A stretch of DNA of 64,000 nt from Octopus sinensis (lineage: Eukaryota): positions 11,966,001 through 12,030,000 of the forward strand of contig NC_043000.1 in assembly GCF_006345805.1 (NCBI RefSeq). Reading direction: 5' to 3'. Positions 1 to 13,432 of this stretch are shown in pieces. Each line of letters starts with the position of its first letter. The first letter of the stretch is position 1. A program made the position numbers and the translations under genes. The notes under the pieces are model-generated. The model did not search any database. It was given only the letters and a program-made list of their open reading frames with translations, and had not been told where the DNA came from.

Positions 1-129
1 GTTCGGCAAAAAGAGACCGATAGAATAAGTACTAGGCTTACAAAGAATAAGTCTTGGGGTCGATTTGTTCGACTAAATGCGGTGCTTTAGCATGGCCGCA
101 GTCAAATGACTGAAACAAGTAAAAGAGTA
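1..129 (+). mobile_element. 3' end of tRNA-derived SINE family A (cut by window start)
   Basis: Matches the 3' part of full copies at 38071 and 59758 (gatagaataagtactaggcttacaaag...gtcaaatgactgaaacaagtaaaagagt). Confidence 0.9.
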
Positions 130-860
<731 letters not shown>

Positions 861-1725
861 GTCTATCATTTTGTGTCATTTGTCTTAGCTTGATTTTGTT
901 TAAATTATGCAAATTAAGTAAGCCATAAATGTACACTACTCCTTTTTATATACGTCTAACTCCCTTGGCTACAGGAGATAATGTAGGACAACTGTCGTGC
1001 TGACGATTGTTTATAGAGGCAGAAACATGTCACCATGACTTATCTCCAGACAATAAGCTTGTCGTTTTCCTTGATTACATGTCAGCTTAAAAGAATTCTT
1101 GATTCATGAGATTATCCCCCACTTCTCAAATGGATCTGGTCTTAATTTCTATTTGGTAATTATGACACATGCTCAAGAGGCGGAGGTAATAGTTTGTTTT
1201 TAATACAATTGTACAATATAGAATTTCTTCAATTGGAATTTACCTATGATTTTTCGAAGTAGATTCGATTGGGTCATGGCATATACATTTTTTTCAATTT
1301 CCCCCCCCAATTAAGCAAAAATTCGAGAAAACTCAATATTTTACCATTTGCCTCTCTCATTTCAAATGCTTTACTCCTGCTATTACCACAGTTTCTCCTA
1401 CTTTCTCTTTGCAAGTGTATACCACTATCATATCCTCTTTCTGCAACTCTTATTCAACATCACACATTCTGCTACTTTCTCTTGTTAATGCTTAAACCAA
1501 TCCTCAAAAAAAAAAAAAAGGAAATAGAGATCTGTCGCTAACTTTTTGTAGTATTCATTGGCGAGCGTACTTCAGTTGTCAATTGTTGAAAGAAAGAAAT
1601 TGTAAGCTAAGAAGGTGTGTGTGTGTGTATGTGTGCGTGTGTGTGTGTGTAGGAAGTGAAGGATAAGAATATGGCAAGAAGTGGACAGATGTACATATAT
1701 ACATACATCCATACATACATACATG

Positions 1726-1756
<31 letters not shown>

Positions 1757-1773
1757 GTATTAATGTGTGTGTT

Positions 1774-2164
1774 ATCTCTCTATATAAAGCTGAAGTTGTC
1801 TGTGTGCGGCAGGTTTGGTAGCCTTCAACTAACACTATCTCCTCCGAGACCCTGCGGCGCAAGTTGACCAAAATTGAGAGTATGATAGAAGAAGGCTTGC
1901 TCTTCCTTCCGTAGGAAATAAAATTCAAATCGGACCATGTTAACACCAAAAATTATTTACATAAAAAAAGTGCCTTTTTCTATGAAAATCCCTATTTTTT
2001 ATGATTTTTTCACTGCTGTGTCGCCACTTTTCGGTGTATTTCAACCAGAAAAATGTTCACTTAAAGAGAATAAGAAGCTGCATGATGCAAAATTTTTACT
2101 TTTCAAAAATTCCAATTCCAGCGGGTCGAAACAAACCCGAGCAACGCCGGGCGATACTGCTAGT
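1774..2164 (-). mobile_element. Helentron/DINE-like non-autonomous element (HINE-type)
   Basis: Minus strand starts actagcagtatcgcccggcgttgctcgggt (terminal hairpin) and ends tttatatagagagat; close copy at 60685-61079 and same termini at 55756-56143. Confidence 0.7.
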
Positions 2165-2166
2165 AT

Positions 2167-2696
2167 ATATATAATTTTTTCCGTAATGAGACAAAAAATC
2201 AAGGCTGTGTAGATTTTAGAACATTTATAGATAAAAGATCTTACAGCTGTTTCCAGGATATTTATTATATCCCTTCATCGGAGACGGTGTGAGAGGATGG
2301 TTAAGAAATAGTTAATTTAGATGAGATAACAAAAACCCTTGATTCAATAATACTGTGTATAAACTCTATACTTGGAATGACCAATTTTAAATACTATTAG
2401 ATTTTACTCATAAGGTATTGGAATCATATATGTATACCATTCTGCCTAAATAATGGATCTACAAATACAATATCCCTACATATATCACATCTATTTTCTT
2501 TTCTTTCCTCCACCTCACTCTCTATTTTATATCTTATCTAAATTAACTATTTCTTAACCATCCTCTCACACCGTCTCCGATGAAGGAATATAATAAATAT
2601 CCTTGAAACAGCTGTAAGACCTTCTATCCATAAATGTTCTAAAATCTACACAGCCTTGTTTTTTTTTTTATCTCATTACGGGAAAAAAAATTATAT
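2167..2696. mobile_element. Fold-back element with ~160-bp inverted arms, probably Penelope-like pLTR-derived
   Basis: 2167-2328 is the reverse complement of ~2530-2696; each arm holds a hammerhead-like motif. Confidence 0.75.
2573..2620 (+). ncRNA. Minimal type-I hammerhead-ribozyme-like motif (core variant CCGAUGA)
   Basis: gtct-CCGATGA-aggaatat..atatcctt-GAAA-cagctg-TA-agac: stem I gtct/agac, stem II, palindromic stem III; mirror copy on the - strand at 2238-2285. Confidence 0.6.
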
Positions 2697-2867
2697 ACAC
2701 ACGCTGACATATGGCCCTTATTCGTATCATCACCGAACCTGGAACTTAACTATGGTCTTATTCAGCACTTATATAGCACTTATTCAGCATTACCTTACAC
2801 CTTTGGGTCTCAATGACACCGTTACCCCTCATAAACTATATATATATACATATATATACACACACAC

Positions 2868-2904
<37 letters not shown>

Positions 2905-2910
2905 GTAGTA

Positions 2911-2950
<40 letters not shown>

Positions 2951-2951
<1 letters not shown>

Positions 2952-3513
2952 AATGCCCTGATGCAGTACCAGGCTTTGGTTCTTATGGTTTTTAAAAATA
3001 TTAACTGATTGGTTGTGTTACGTACATTGTTTTGTCTTGATATGAAAGATGGGCGACATCAAATATTCTGCTCAATACCACAGATTTGCTTGTCAGTTGC
3101 TTCACCTTAACCAGCTGCACGTGTCCTTGAGTGGCTGACGATATGGTCTTCTCTGATCACGAGCAGAAGTAATGAGAGAGCATCATAGCCACGTGTTGAG
3201 AGGAATTCTTTGGGAGTTTGAATAATTCACCTCTGGAAACATTGGTATTTTGGTCATCATTCCTAAAACAAACTTTATTCAGAGACTTTTTGAGCGGGAT
3301 GGGCTACTCGACCTGAAGAAAATTCTAACTGGGCCCCACCTGCAAGGTCATGTGTTGCTTATCTTGATATAAGATCACCATGTCGCGCACATATGGTTGT
3401 GATGCATGTGTCTGGTGTACCCTTATCAGACGGTTAGTCATGATGGGTATACTGGGCTTCGTATATTTGTACCCCAGTGTTACTTTGACGGCATGTGCTG
3501 CTCTTTCACTCAG
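2951..3513. mobile_element. Interspersed repeat embedded in (TAA)/(TAG) microsatellites
   Basis: Strong similarity to 42198-42500; both copies are flanked by TAA/TAG runs; no ORF. Confidence 0.75.
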
Positions 3514-3529
3514 TAATAATAATAATAAT

Positions 3530-3700
3530 GCTTGGCGGTATTTTGTCCGTCATCATGTTCTGAGATCAAATTCTGCCGAGGTCGACTTTGACTTTCATCT
3601 TTCGAAGTCGATGAAATAAGTACCAGTTGAGTACTGGGGGTCAATGTAATTCCCCTTCCCCAAATTTCGGGCCTTGTGCCTATAGTAGAAAGGATTATTA
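3530..3700 (+). mobile_element. SINE family B fragment (Meta-like core)
   Basis: Contains gaggtcgactttgactttcatctttc..gtcgatgaaataagtaccagt, shared by many copies in the window. Confidence 0.8.
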
Positions 3701-3989
3701 TCATTGTTGTTGTTGTTGTTGTTGTTGTTGTCGTCGTTGTTGTTGTTGTTGTTGTTGCTGCTGCTGCTGCTGCTACTGCTGCTGTTGTTACTCTTGTCAT
3801 TGTTGCTAACTTATCAACATATGTTAATATACTAACATAATAACACACTTGTTGAGTTAACATATTAACATATCTGAATATGCTACCAAATGAATATATT
3901 AACATAATAATATGTTAATATAACTTAAATATGCTTGTAAAATATTAGTAGAGGCGATGAAAAGATAATAATGATAAAAGGATGAGAAA

Positions 3990-4407
3990 ATTTAGCTTCA
4001 GCTGAAAGTGGTATATTGTCAGCAAATTCTCATGTTATTGTTTTGCTCTGGTTGTTGAGAGAGAGATGGCATGTAGCTTCCTTGTTGAGAGAAACAAGGG
4101 CCATTATAGGAGTGTTGGAAGAGGCCAAGAGAGGAGACTGCAAGTCTGTAGGTCGGAAAGAGTACTGTGTCGATGAGAGTGTTTTTTTTTTAATTCGTGA
4201 AATGGATTTCTTTTGGATCTGGTTGAGGATGTTTGGCTGTGTGGTAAGAAGTTTGCTTCCCGACCAAATGGTTCCGGGTTCAGTCCCATTGCGTGCCACT
4301 TTGGGCAAATGTCTTCTACTATAATCACGGTCTGACTAAAAGCCTGTGATTGGATTTGGTGGACAGAAGCTGAAGGAAGCTGATCGTGTGTGTGAGTGTA
4401 TGTGTAT

Positions 4408-4463
<56 letters not shown>

Positions 4464-5300
4464 TGTGGAAAGAAAAATCTAAGAGGATGGTTTCAGTTAC
4501 CCGCTTTTCAGCCTCGAACGGGTCAAGTGGTGGCTTTTTGACACCAGTATAAAACTGACAGAGATATGTAAATTAAGCTAAAATATTCATAAAGGTACTG
4601 ATGGTTCGGGGCTGTGCTTTGTAGTATGTGGTTGGTTGTGCAGGAAAAACATTAATTGGATATTGGTCAGATGAAGTAACGGCAGAGACAGTTATAATTT
4701 GGAAAATTGTGCACTGCTGAGAGATGTGTCGTGGCGATAAGACTTACTGTTGTAGGCAGTCGCAAAGGCGAAAGATTTGGGTTTGTTTTTTCGGACAACA
4801 ATCATCCATGCAGGAGGAGTGCAAAAACCAGGTGGAGTTGTAAACGTTGACGTAACTGAGGATGACTATTCGCGAAACAGATATAGTGCAAGTCGAAAGA
4901 GATAGGAGAATAGCTGCCGTTGGGTAGAAGAATTAGAAGAGCGGTAAAGAAGACAGGAGAATTTAGAGCAATGGCTCTCAACAAAGTTTTTCTCTATAGA
5001 TCCCATTGACTCCCATTTTCGTCGACTGAATGTTAAAAAAAAGTCCTATAATATATTTATAATTAAAAATTGTTAGGAATTGTATTCCTTTATTCTTTTA
5101 CTTGTTTCAGTCATTAAAATACTTTGTGTAATGTAGCAGTATAACCAATTTATTGCTCATAAAATTTAACAACAGAATTTTATATGGACCCCAGTTGACA
5201 ACCACCGATTTAGACGAACGACGAAGTAAGTTTTTAAGCCAGAGTAACTTGAAGTCTTTTGCTGATATCTAGGTGAGAGAGACGAGCGGTAGAGAGAGAG
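3990..5300 (-). mobile_element. Highly decayed LINE relic (CR1/L2/Jockey-like), interrupted by a SINE A head and an hAT MITE
   Basis: Only faint RT-like peptides on the minus strand (FADN near 4020; NxSYSPIS near 4900); many stops. Confidence 0.3.
4969..5207. mobile_element. hAT-type MITE
   Basis: Ends caatggctctcaac / gttgacaaccaccg; 8-bp TSD atttagag/atttagac. Confidence 0.65.
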
Positions 5301-5330
5301 CAAACTCTTTTTATATAGCAGACATATCCT

Positions 5331-5497
5331 GTTTCTTTATTACCCACAAGGGGCTAAACATAGAGGGGACAAACAAGGACAGACATAGGTATTAAGTAGA
5401 TTACATCGACCCCAGTGCGTAACTGGTACTTAATTTATCGAACCCGAAAGGATGAAAGGCAAAGTCGACCTCGGCGGAATTTGAACTCAGAACGTAG
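5331..5497 (-). mobile_element. 5'-truncated SINE family B with TSD
   Basis: Flanked by atatagcagacatatcct / atatagtagacatatcct. Confidence 0.9.
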
Positions 5498-6011
5498 ATA
5501 TAGTAGACATATCCTTCAGAGTCAAACTGGGACAGAGAGCCGGGATAACACAGATGGACAGCGAAATTTCTGTTTCAGAGAGGAACATTCAGTGTGGCTT
5601 AAGTTTGAGTAAAAAGCGATTTCATTGAAAGCCATAGCTGTTATTAAATACATGCACGTTGTAATTCTCACCATTACGTGCTTTTATAGAATTCACTAAA
5701 TGTAGAAACAATTCCGATCATTACAAACCAACAAAAGCCATTCCGCCCTCTAATATCTCCCTTCCATTAGCTTCAAACAATACGCTCTTATTTTCGTCAA
5801 AATTTTCGATATTTCTCCGCTTGAATCTATCCCAGTCTTTGGGAAGAAAATACTAAATAGATGATAATTATTGTTCAGAGAATCGTCTCTGTGTTACATG
5901 TGAATGTCATCTGGAAAGGTAACCAGGAATTAAAATTACTATTTGTAAGAGACATGACTGTTCTAACCGTGTGTTACTCATGAATCAGAATGCTGTAAAG
6001 TTTTGAGTGAA

Positions 6012-6107
6012 GGCGCAGGCGTGGCACCTTAGGCAAGTGTCTTCTACTACAGCGCTGGAAAATCAAAGCCTTATGAGTGGATTTGGCTGACGACCCGTCA
6101 CATATAT

Positions 6108-6143
<36 letters not shown>

Positions 6144-6466
6144 GCGCGCATATATACACACACATACACACACACGCACACACACACACACACATGTATA
6201 TTCTCTGTGTCTGTACGGTTTCGTGTTTGTGTGTTTGTCCGCCATCACCGCTTGACAACCGGCGTTGGTTTGCTTACGTCCCTGTACCCTAACGGTTCAG
6301 CAAATGCGACCGATAAAATAAGTACCAGGCTTAAAGTAAACAACATGATAGATAATACATAAATACTGGCGGGGTGGGTGCGGAAATTGTTCTACTAAAC
6401 CGGTCGTGGCGGTGCCCCAGCATGACCGCAGTCTAATGACTGAAACAAGTAAAATAGAAGATAAAA
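6012..6466 (+). mobile_element. SINE family A (diverged)
   Basis: Partial head, internal (CA)n, tail ccagcatgaccgcagtctaatgactgaaacaagtaaaa. Confidence 0.8.
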
Positions 6467-6534
6467 AATTTCTTGAGATGCAATGTAGTGAAATGTAGTG
6501 TAGTAAGGTTTGGTATACTGTGGTGTGGGATGAG

Positions 6535-6830
6535 AACACGTGGCTTAGTGGTTAGTGTAGGCGTCTCACGATCTTACGATCGTGAGTTCGGTTCCCGGCG
6601 GTGCATTGTGTCCTTGAGCAAGGCACTTTATTTCACGTCGCTCCAGTCCACTCAGCTAGCAAAAGTGAATTGTATTTGTAGTTCAATGATCGGCCTTGCA
6701 CGTTCAGTGTGACTCGCTGAGAACTACATCAAGAGTTACGAGTGTCTGTGGAGTGTTCAGCCACTTGTCCGTTAATTTCAGAAGCAGGTTGTTCCGACGA
6801 TCGGATCAACTGAACCCTCATCATCATCAT
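6535..6830 (+). mobile_element. SINE family C (tRNA-derived, diverged)
   Basis: A-box tggcttagtggtt, B-box-like gagttcggttccc; body similar to 50101-50483. Confidence 0.75.
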
Positions 6831-6846
6831 ATATATATGTGCCCAG

Positions 6847-6890
<44 letters not shown>

Positions 6891-6891
<1 letters not shown>

Positions 6892-7063
6892 ATATAAGAG
6901 AGTGACCACCATGTGGTCTACTCTAGCACTAAAAATAGATCCGCAAGGTTTCAGCCACCAAAGAAATTGTTTCCGATGAAAGTGCTAACTTTCATCGGAA
7001 ACAATTCTTGTGGATCTATTTTTAGTGCTAGAGTAGACCACATGGTGGTCACTCTCTTATATT
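6891..7063. repeat. Near-perfect ~170-bp palindrome (fold-back element)
   Basis: Outer arm 6891-6946 pairs with 7008-7063; inner 19-bp stem 6965-6983/6988-7006 closes a 4-nt loop. Confidence 0.9.
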
Positions 7064-7233
7064 TATGTATAAAATGTATCGTAATCCGGGTTTTTTATGC
7101 ACTAAGCCACTTGGTGGTAAATGGATGTACTATTAAATTAGTATCCAATTTCCCACCCTTATCGGTTGTATATATATTATATATATATATATATTATATA
7201 TATATATATATATATAATATATATATTATATAT

Positions 7234-7267
<34 letters not shown>

Positions 7268-7273
<6 letters not shown>

Positions 7274-7590
7274 CGTGATCACCGTGACCGACCAGGCTAT
7301 CAGATGTTGCTACACATCGCTGGTCACAATGCGCTTCGCATTGTTTTAGCCGAAATGCCACCAATGAGCCCACCCCGTTGCTAAGCGAGCAGGCCAACAG
7401 AAGAAAGAGTGAAAGAAAGTTGTGGCGAAAGAGTACAGCAAGGATCGTCACCCCCACCCTCGCCGGAGCCTCGTGGAGCTTTAGGAGTTTTCGCTCAATA
7501 AACACTCTCAACGCCCGGTCTAGGAATCGAAACCGCAATCCTACGACCGCGAGTCCGAATCCCTAACCACTGGGCCATTGCGCCTCCACA
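7268..7590 (-). mobile_element. SINE family C variant with an alternative 3' tail
   Basis: Minus strand head gaggcgcaatggcccagtggttaggg..ggtttcgattcc, as in 50101. Confidence 0.85.
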
Positions 7591-7624
7591 CACACACACA
7601 TATATATATATATAAAGAGATGCC

Positions 7625-7775
7625 ACACAGGAGAGTTTTGAAGAAGGGGAGATAATAAAGTAGTGGTGATCCCAATATATATATACATATATATATATAT
7701 TGGGATATATACATATATATATATTGGGATCACAACTACTTTATTATCTCCCCTTCTTCCTAACTCTCCTGCATG
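7625..7775. repeat. Inverted repeat around a (TA)n spacer
   Basis: caggagag..gaagaaggggagataataaagtagtggtgatcccaatat pairs with atattgggatcacaactactttattatctccccttcttc..ctctcctg; related to 17990-18035. Confidence 0.8.
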
Positions 7776-7840
7776 ACCCCTCTGTCTGGCATTTGCCATG
7801 ATAGATCGCTAGCCACTTCACATTCTTTATTTTCTCTCCC

Positions 7841-7878
<38 letters not shown>

Positions 7879-8431
7879 TATAAAAATATATAAAACAAGA
7901 AGATGGAATGAATAGGTTTTAATAACAAATCACAACAATTGCTTCTGTGCCATAGAAAGAGTTTTCCTTATCGTACTATTACATAAAATATTATATAAAA
8001 ATAATGACATAAATAAATATAGCAGCTGTGGATCGGCCCGTCTTCAGGTGAGTGGTTTTGACAGCACTGCTATCGGTGTGTCACACTGAATCTCCTTGAG
8101 AACTACACTACATGTATGCACATCTGTGGAGTGCTCAGCCACTTGCAGGTTAATTTCACGAGCAGACTGTTTTGTTGATTGTATCATCTGGAGCACCCAT
8201 CATCGAAACCGACAGAGTGCCTAGCCGACATAGTGTGGTGTAGTGTGATGTAGAGTGGTTTAGTTTGGTGTAGTATGTTGGCATGTTATATGGTTGTAAT
8301 GTGGTGAAGTAAGTTGTAATTGTGTATAGTATGGCATAGCGAGGTGTAGGTGGTAGTTTTGTGATATGGCATAGATTAATGTGGTGTCATGGGGTGTATG
8401 TAGCATAGTGTAGAGTGGTACCTTTGTAGTG

Positions 8432-8643
8432 TATAAGGGGGTGCTGAAGGCTTTAAGGGTATCGTGAAATGCCTGATTGGGGGCCCAACCTTTTAAGTTC
8501 TTTTACAGGACTTAGAAAAGCTAAAGGACCTCTGCAATAAATGTGTGAATCTGAGAGGAGAAGCGTTAAATAAAATCATGATTGACTCATCCTCCTCTAT
8601 GTTCTTTTACCAAAGCCAGGAACTTTTCAGCACACCCTTGATA
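8432..8643. mobile_element. Mariner-derived MITE
   Basis: Termini aagggggtgctgaa / ttcagcacacccttg; contains a mariner C-terminal remnant (NKCVNLRGE); same TIR at 47456. Confidence 0.7.
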
Positions 8644-8659
8644 GTATGGACAAATACAC

Positions 8660-8815
8660 AATTCATTTCTACAGCTGAGTGAACTGGAGCAAGAACACAA
8701 CACACAGCCTGGCCCAGGAATCGAACTCACAGCCTCACGATCATAAGCTCAGAATCGAACTCACAGCCTCACGATCATAAGCTCAATGCTCTAACCACTG
8801 AGCCATTCGCCTTCA
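8660..8815 (-). mobile_element. SINE head with an internal ~31-bp duplication
   Basis: Same head as 30255-30592; gaatcgaactcacagcctcacgatcataagctca occurs twice. Confidence 0.8.
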
Positions 8816-8874
8816 CATATGTACACACACATATATATATGTGTGTGTGTGTATATATGTGTGTGTGTGTGAGT

Positions 8875-8918
<44 letters not shown>

Positions 8919-8982
8919 TGTGTGTGTGATTATATGCAGTTCTCCAGCATGGTCACAGAAATGAATTAAACAAAAGAATAAA

Positions 8983-9019
<37 letters not shown>

Positions 9020-9444
9020 GCATACATATATATATGCATACAATATATATATGTGTACACACACACACACACACACACACATATAAAGACAGAGATAAAC
9101 AGACAGACAGACAGACAGACAAATAGATTGCTAGATAGATAGATATTGATAAACAGATGTAATTTATGGCAGTGTATACACACAAACATAATTACACATA
9201 GGTGCATGCACATAAGCATACGCATGTATGTATGTATGTATGTATGTGTGTATGTGTGTGTGTGTGTGTGTATAAGTGTGTGTATATGTGTGTGTATGTG
9301 TGTGTATGTGTGTGTGCATGCGTTTGATGATCATAATGACTGCTGCAGGTCAATGAAGGCATTAATAACTATGACAGTGAAGATGATGCTTCTCATGGAT
9401 TTGGCTACCATGACCCCACAACTGTATTGGTGCCAAGTATGGTA

Positions 9445-9445
<1 letters not shown>

Positions 9446-9483
<38 letters not shown>

Positions 9484-9497
9484 TCACTACAACTGAT

Positions 9498-9532
<35 letters not shown>

Positions 9533-9602
9533 TAGTAGTAGTAGTAGTAGTAGTAGCAGTAATAGTAGTAGTAAAATATATTATCTAAATAGTAGCAGCA
9601 GC

Positions 9603-9642
<40 letters not shown>

Positions 9643-10158
9643 AGTAGTAGTAGTAGTATAGCAGCAGTAATAGTAGTAGTTATAAAATATATTATCTAAA
9701 ATAGTAGCAGCAGCAGCAGCAGTAGTAGTGTAGTAGTTTAGTATAGTAGTAGTAGTGTGTAGTAGTGGCAGCAGCATAGTAGTAGTATAGTATATATAAT
9801 ATATATGTATCTACACATATGTACTATATATATATAATGTATGTATGTTTATATATATGTATAGATATATAAGGTGTCATTTATATGTATATATATATAT
9901 ATATTATATATTATATCTAAACAAATATTTACTATATATATACATATATATATACATATATATATTATATATAATATAGAATATATTATCAGACATTATA
10001 TTATATAAGACAGATAGATACTAAGCAGAACATTATATAAGATCTAACATACGTGATAGATATACACATAGATATACAGAAAGCAACATACAGATAGATA
10101 GGTAGACAGACAGATAGACGATACACAGATAGATAGACAGACAGACATACATACAGAC

Positions 10159-10230
<72 letters not shown>

Positions 10231-10327
10231 GGATAGATATTCAAATTTGCACATGCATGTCACTCTGAAAGCATATTCATTCAGACATTGAGAAATGGAC
10301 AAAGTCTCCAAGAGAGGAAATAGGGAG

Positions 10328-10406
<79 letters not shown>

Positions 10407-10593
10407 TGTGGATGGAGATAGGGGGGAAAGAGAAAAAGAGAAAAAGAAAGAAAACAAGAAAGAAGTACATAGATAACAGGCTATAATAGATAAAATAGAT
10501 AAATAGATATTTAGATTAATAGCGAAGCTAACGAGCAAGCATATAAAGAGGAAAAGAACTCTGTAGCTATATATGTCTATATCAATGTTGCTT

Positions 10594-10660
<67 letters not shown>

Positions 10661-10868
10661 ATCTATATCTATCTATATATCTATATATATATATATATAT
10701 TCATGTATGTATGTGTACACACACACAGGCACACACACACATCACTTGATTGGTTTATCTCTCTTCATTCAAATATTTATCTGTGTGTGTGTGTACTCTC
10801 TCTCTCTCCTCTCTCACTCTCTCTCTCTCTCTCTCTCTCTAGATAGATAGATAGACAGATAGACAGAC

Positions 10869-10899
<31 letters not shown>

Positions 10900-10960
10900 C
10901 AGACAGATAGACAGATAGACAGATAGATAGATAGACAGACAGATAGACAGACAAACAGAC

Positions 10961-10991
<31 letters not shown>

Positions 10992-11028
10992 TAGATAGAT
11001 AGACAGACAGATAGACAGACAAACAGAC

Positions 11029-11062
<34 letters not shown>

Positions 11063-11361
11063 ATGAATGCACACCCAAACACACTCAAACACACACAGAC
11101 AACACACACATTCAGACACACATACACACACATTCATACATATACATCCAAGTGCATTTACGTTAGTGCATGTGTGTGTGTGTTTGTGTGTGTGTGTGCT
11201 TGTGTGTGTGTGTGCTTGTGTGTGTGCATGCATGTATGAGGAGAGAGAAAATGAGAAAGGAAGAGAGATAGGGTGAGAGCGTGAGTGTGTATGTATGTAT
11301 GTGTGCATCTATATATGTATATATATGTATGTATGTATATATTTGTGTATATGTATGTATG

Positions 11362-11398
<37 letters not shown>

Positions 11399-11410
11399 TA
11401 CACACATATT

Positions 11411-11440
<30 letters not shown>
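9446..11440. repeat. Compound microsatellite field: (CAG)n, (TAG)n, (TA)n, (GATA)n, (GA)n, (GACA)n
   Basis: Direct reading. Confidence 0.95.
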
Positions 11441-11446
<6 letters not shown>

Positions 11447-11614
11447 AAATTAATTAGGGTAGAAATTGATATTTATCAATTAAAACCAGTGGTCTAGCAT
11501 ATTAAAAAGAATCCGAAGATTAAAATATTTATTATACCAATTAAGGACTGAACACGAAAAGTGGAAAGTCAACATGCTAGAGATAGACGTCAAATCGCCA
11601 TTTCTCCACAAAAG

Positions 11615-11663
<49 letters not shown>

Positions 11664-11709
11664 ATATTATCTTATATATATATATATATATATATTAAAT
11701 ATGTGTGTA

Positions 11710-11751
<42 letters not shown>

Positions 11752-11944
11752 TATACATACATACATACATATACACAAATATATACGCCGGATGGCTGAA
11801 ACAAGTAAAAGAGTAAAAGAGTATATATATATATATTATATAGACGGAGTAAACACATAAAGTGAAACAGGTGAAAAAAGAGTACTCAAATACCAGTGGT
11901 AGAGTAATATGCTTTATTTTAAGCAGCAGAAAATTCAACAAAAT

Positions 11945-11983
11945 CTGTTACTCTGAGTTTCTCTGTTGCCGTTCATCAGACAG
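11945..11983 (-). ncRNA. Minimal hammerhead-like motif in a Penelope-like relic (~11840-11990)
   Basis: Minus strand ctgt-CTGATGA-acggcaacaga-GAAA-ctcagag-TA-acag: canonical core and stems I and III; stem II is degraded. Confidence 0.6.
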
Positions 11984-12363
11984 TTTTTGCTATATTATAT
12001 ATATATATATATGTTTGTGTGCAGCAAAGAATAAAAAAAAAATTTTCCCCCCCAAAAAAACCTGATAGATAAATTAATATATAAAGGCATTGCTACTGCA
12101 GTGTGTGACAACAGTAAGCAAAGCTGCACACATGAGCCGTACAACAACAGTGCAGTGCAGTGGATGTGTCGCTGTAGACAGCAGAGAATATTCACAGGTG
12201 TAATGGCACATGTATAAGCCAACTGTGTGTCTGTTGTATGGTTTTATAGCTCTAAGTAGGGATACTGCACACATCATCTGCACTCCCCCTCTTGCACTCT
12301 ATCTGCTCTTCCCATTACTCTCTCTGTTACTCTTACTCTCCTTTTGCCTTATCTCATTTCCTC

Positions 12364-12394
<31 letters not shown>

Positions 12395-12692
12395 CTCTTT
12401 TTTATTTATTTGTTTATTTATATATTTGTTTGTTTTGTTTTGCATTCTCACTGTTTCCCTTTCTCCCTTTTCTTCTTCTTCTTCTTCTTTATCTATTTCT
12501 GCACTTCCATTTTTCTTCTGTGTGTGTACTTTCTACTGTATATCTTCCTATCTGTCCAGCTGTCAGTCTATCTGTCTGTTGTGGCTGGCTGGCTGGGTGT
12601 TGGTCTGCTTGCCTGTCTGTCTGTTTATCTGTCTGCTTGTGTGTCACCCTGTCTACCTATCTGTGTGTGTGTATGTATGTATGTATGTATGT

Positions 12693-13110
12693 TAAGGCGG
12701 CAAGCTGGCAGAATCGTTAGCATGCCAGGCGAAAAGCTTGGCAGTATTTCGTCTGCCGCTATATTCTGAGTTCAAATTCCACCGAGGTCGACTTTGCCTT
12801 TCATCCTTTCAGGGTCGATTAAATAAGTACCAGTTATGCACTGGGGTCGATGTAATCGACTTAATCCGTTTGTCTGTCCTTGTTTGTCCTCTCTGTGTTT
12901 AGCCCCTTGTGGGTAGTAAAGAAATAGGTATTTTGTCTGCAGTTACGTTCTGAGTTCAAATTCCAGCGAGGTTGACTTTGCCTTTCATCCTTTCGGGGTT
13001 GATAAATTAAGTACCAGTTACGCACTGGGGTCGATGTAATCAACTTAATCCCTTTGTCTGTACTTGTTTGTCCCCTCTATGCTTAGCCCCTTGTGGGCAA
13101 TAAAGAAATA
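12693..13110 (+). mobile_element. SINE family B with a duplicated 3' body
   Basis: Head aaggcggcaagctggcagaatcgttagc; core and tail (cccttgtggg..taaagaaata) occur twice. Confidence 0.9.
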
Positions 13111-13159
13111 AGTATGTATGTATGTATGTATGTATGTATGTATGTATGTGTGTGTGTTG

Positions 13160-13397
13160 CAGGCATGGCTGTGTAGTAAGATGTTTGCTTACCAACCACT
13201 TGGTCCCAGGTTCAGTTCCATTGTGTGACCCCTTGGGCAAGTGTCTTCTATGATAGCCTCAAGCCAATCAAAGTCTTTATGGAAACTGAAAGAAGCCCAT
13301 TGTATATGTTGTATATATATATATATATGTATATATGTATACACACACACACACACACAATGGCTTCATTCACATATATATATATATATATAATACT

Positions 13398-13432
<35 letters not shown>

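Noticed and set aside
9349-9445. Open frame VNEGINNYDSEDDASHGFGYHDP
   Set aside because: Weak acceptor, runs into microsatellite, no recognisable homology
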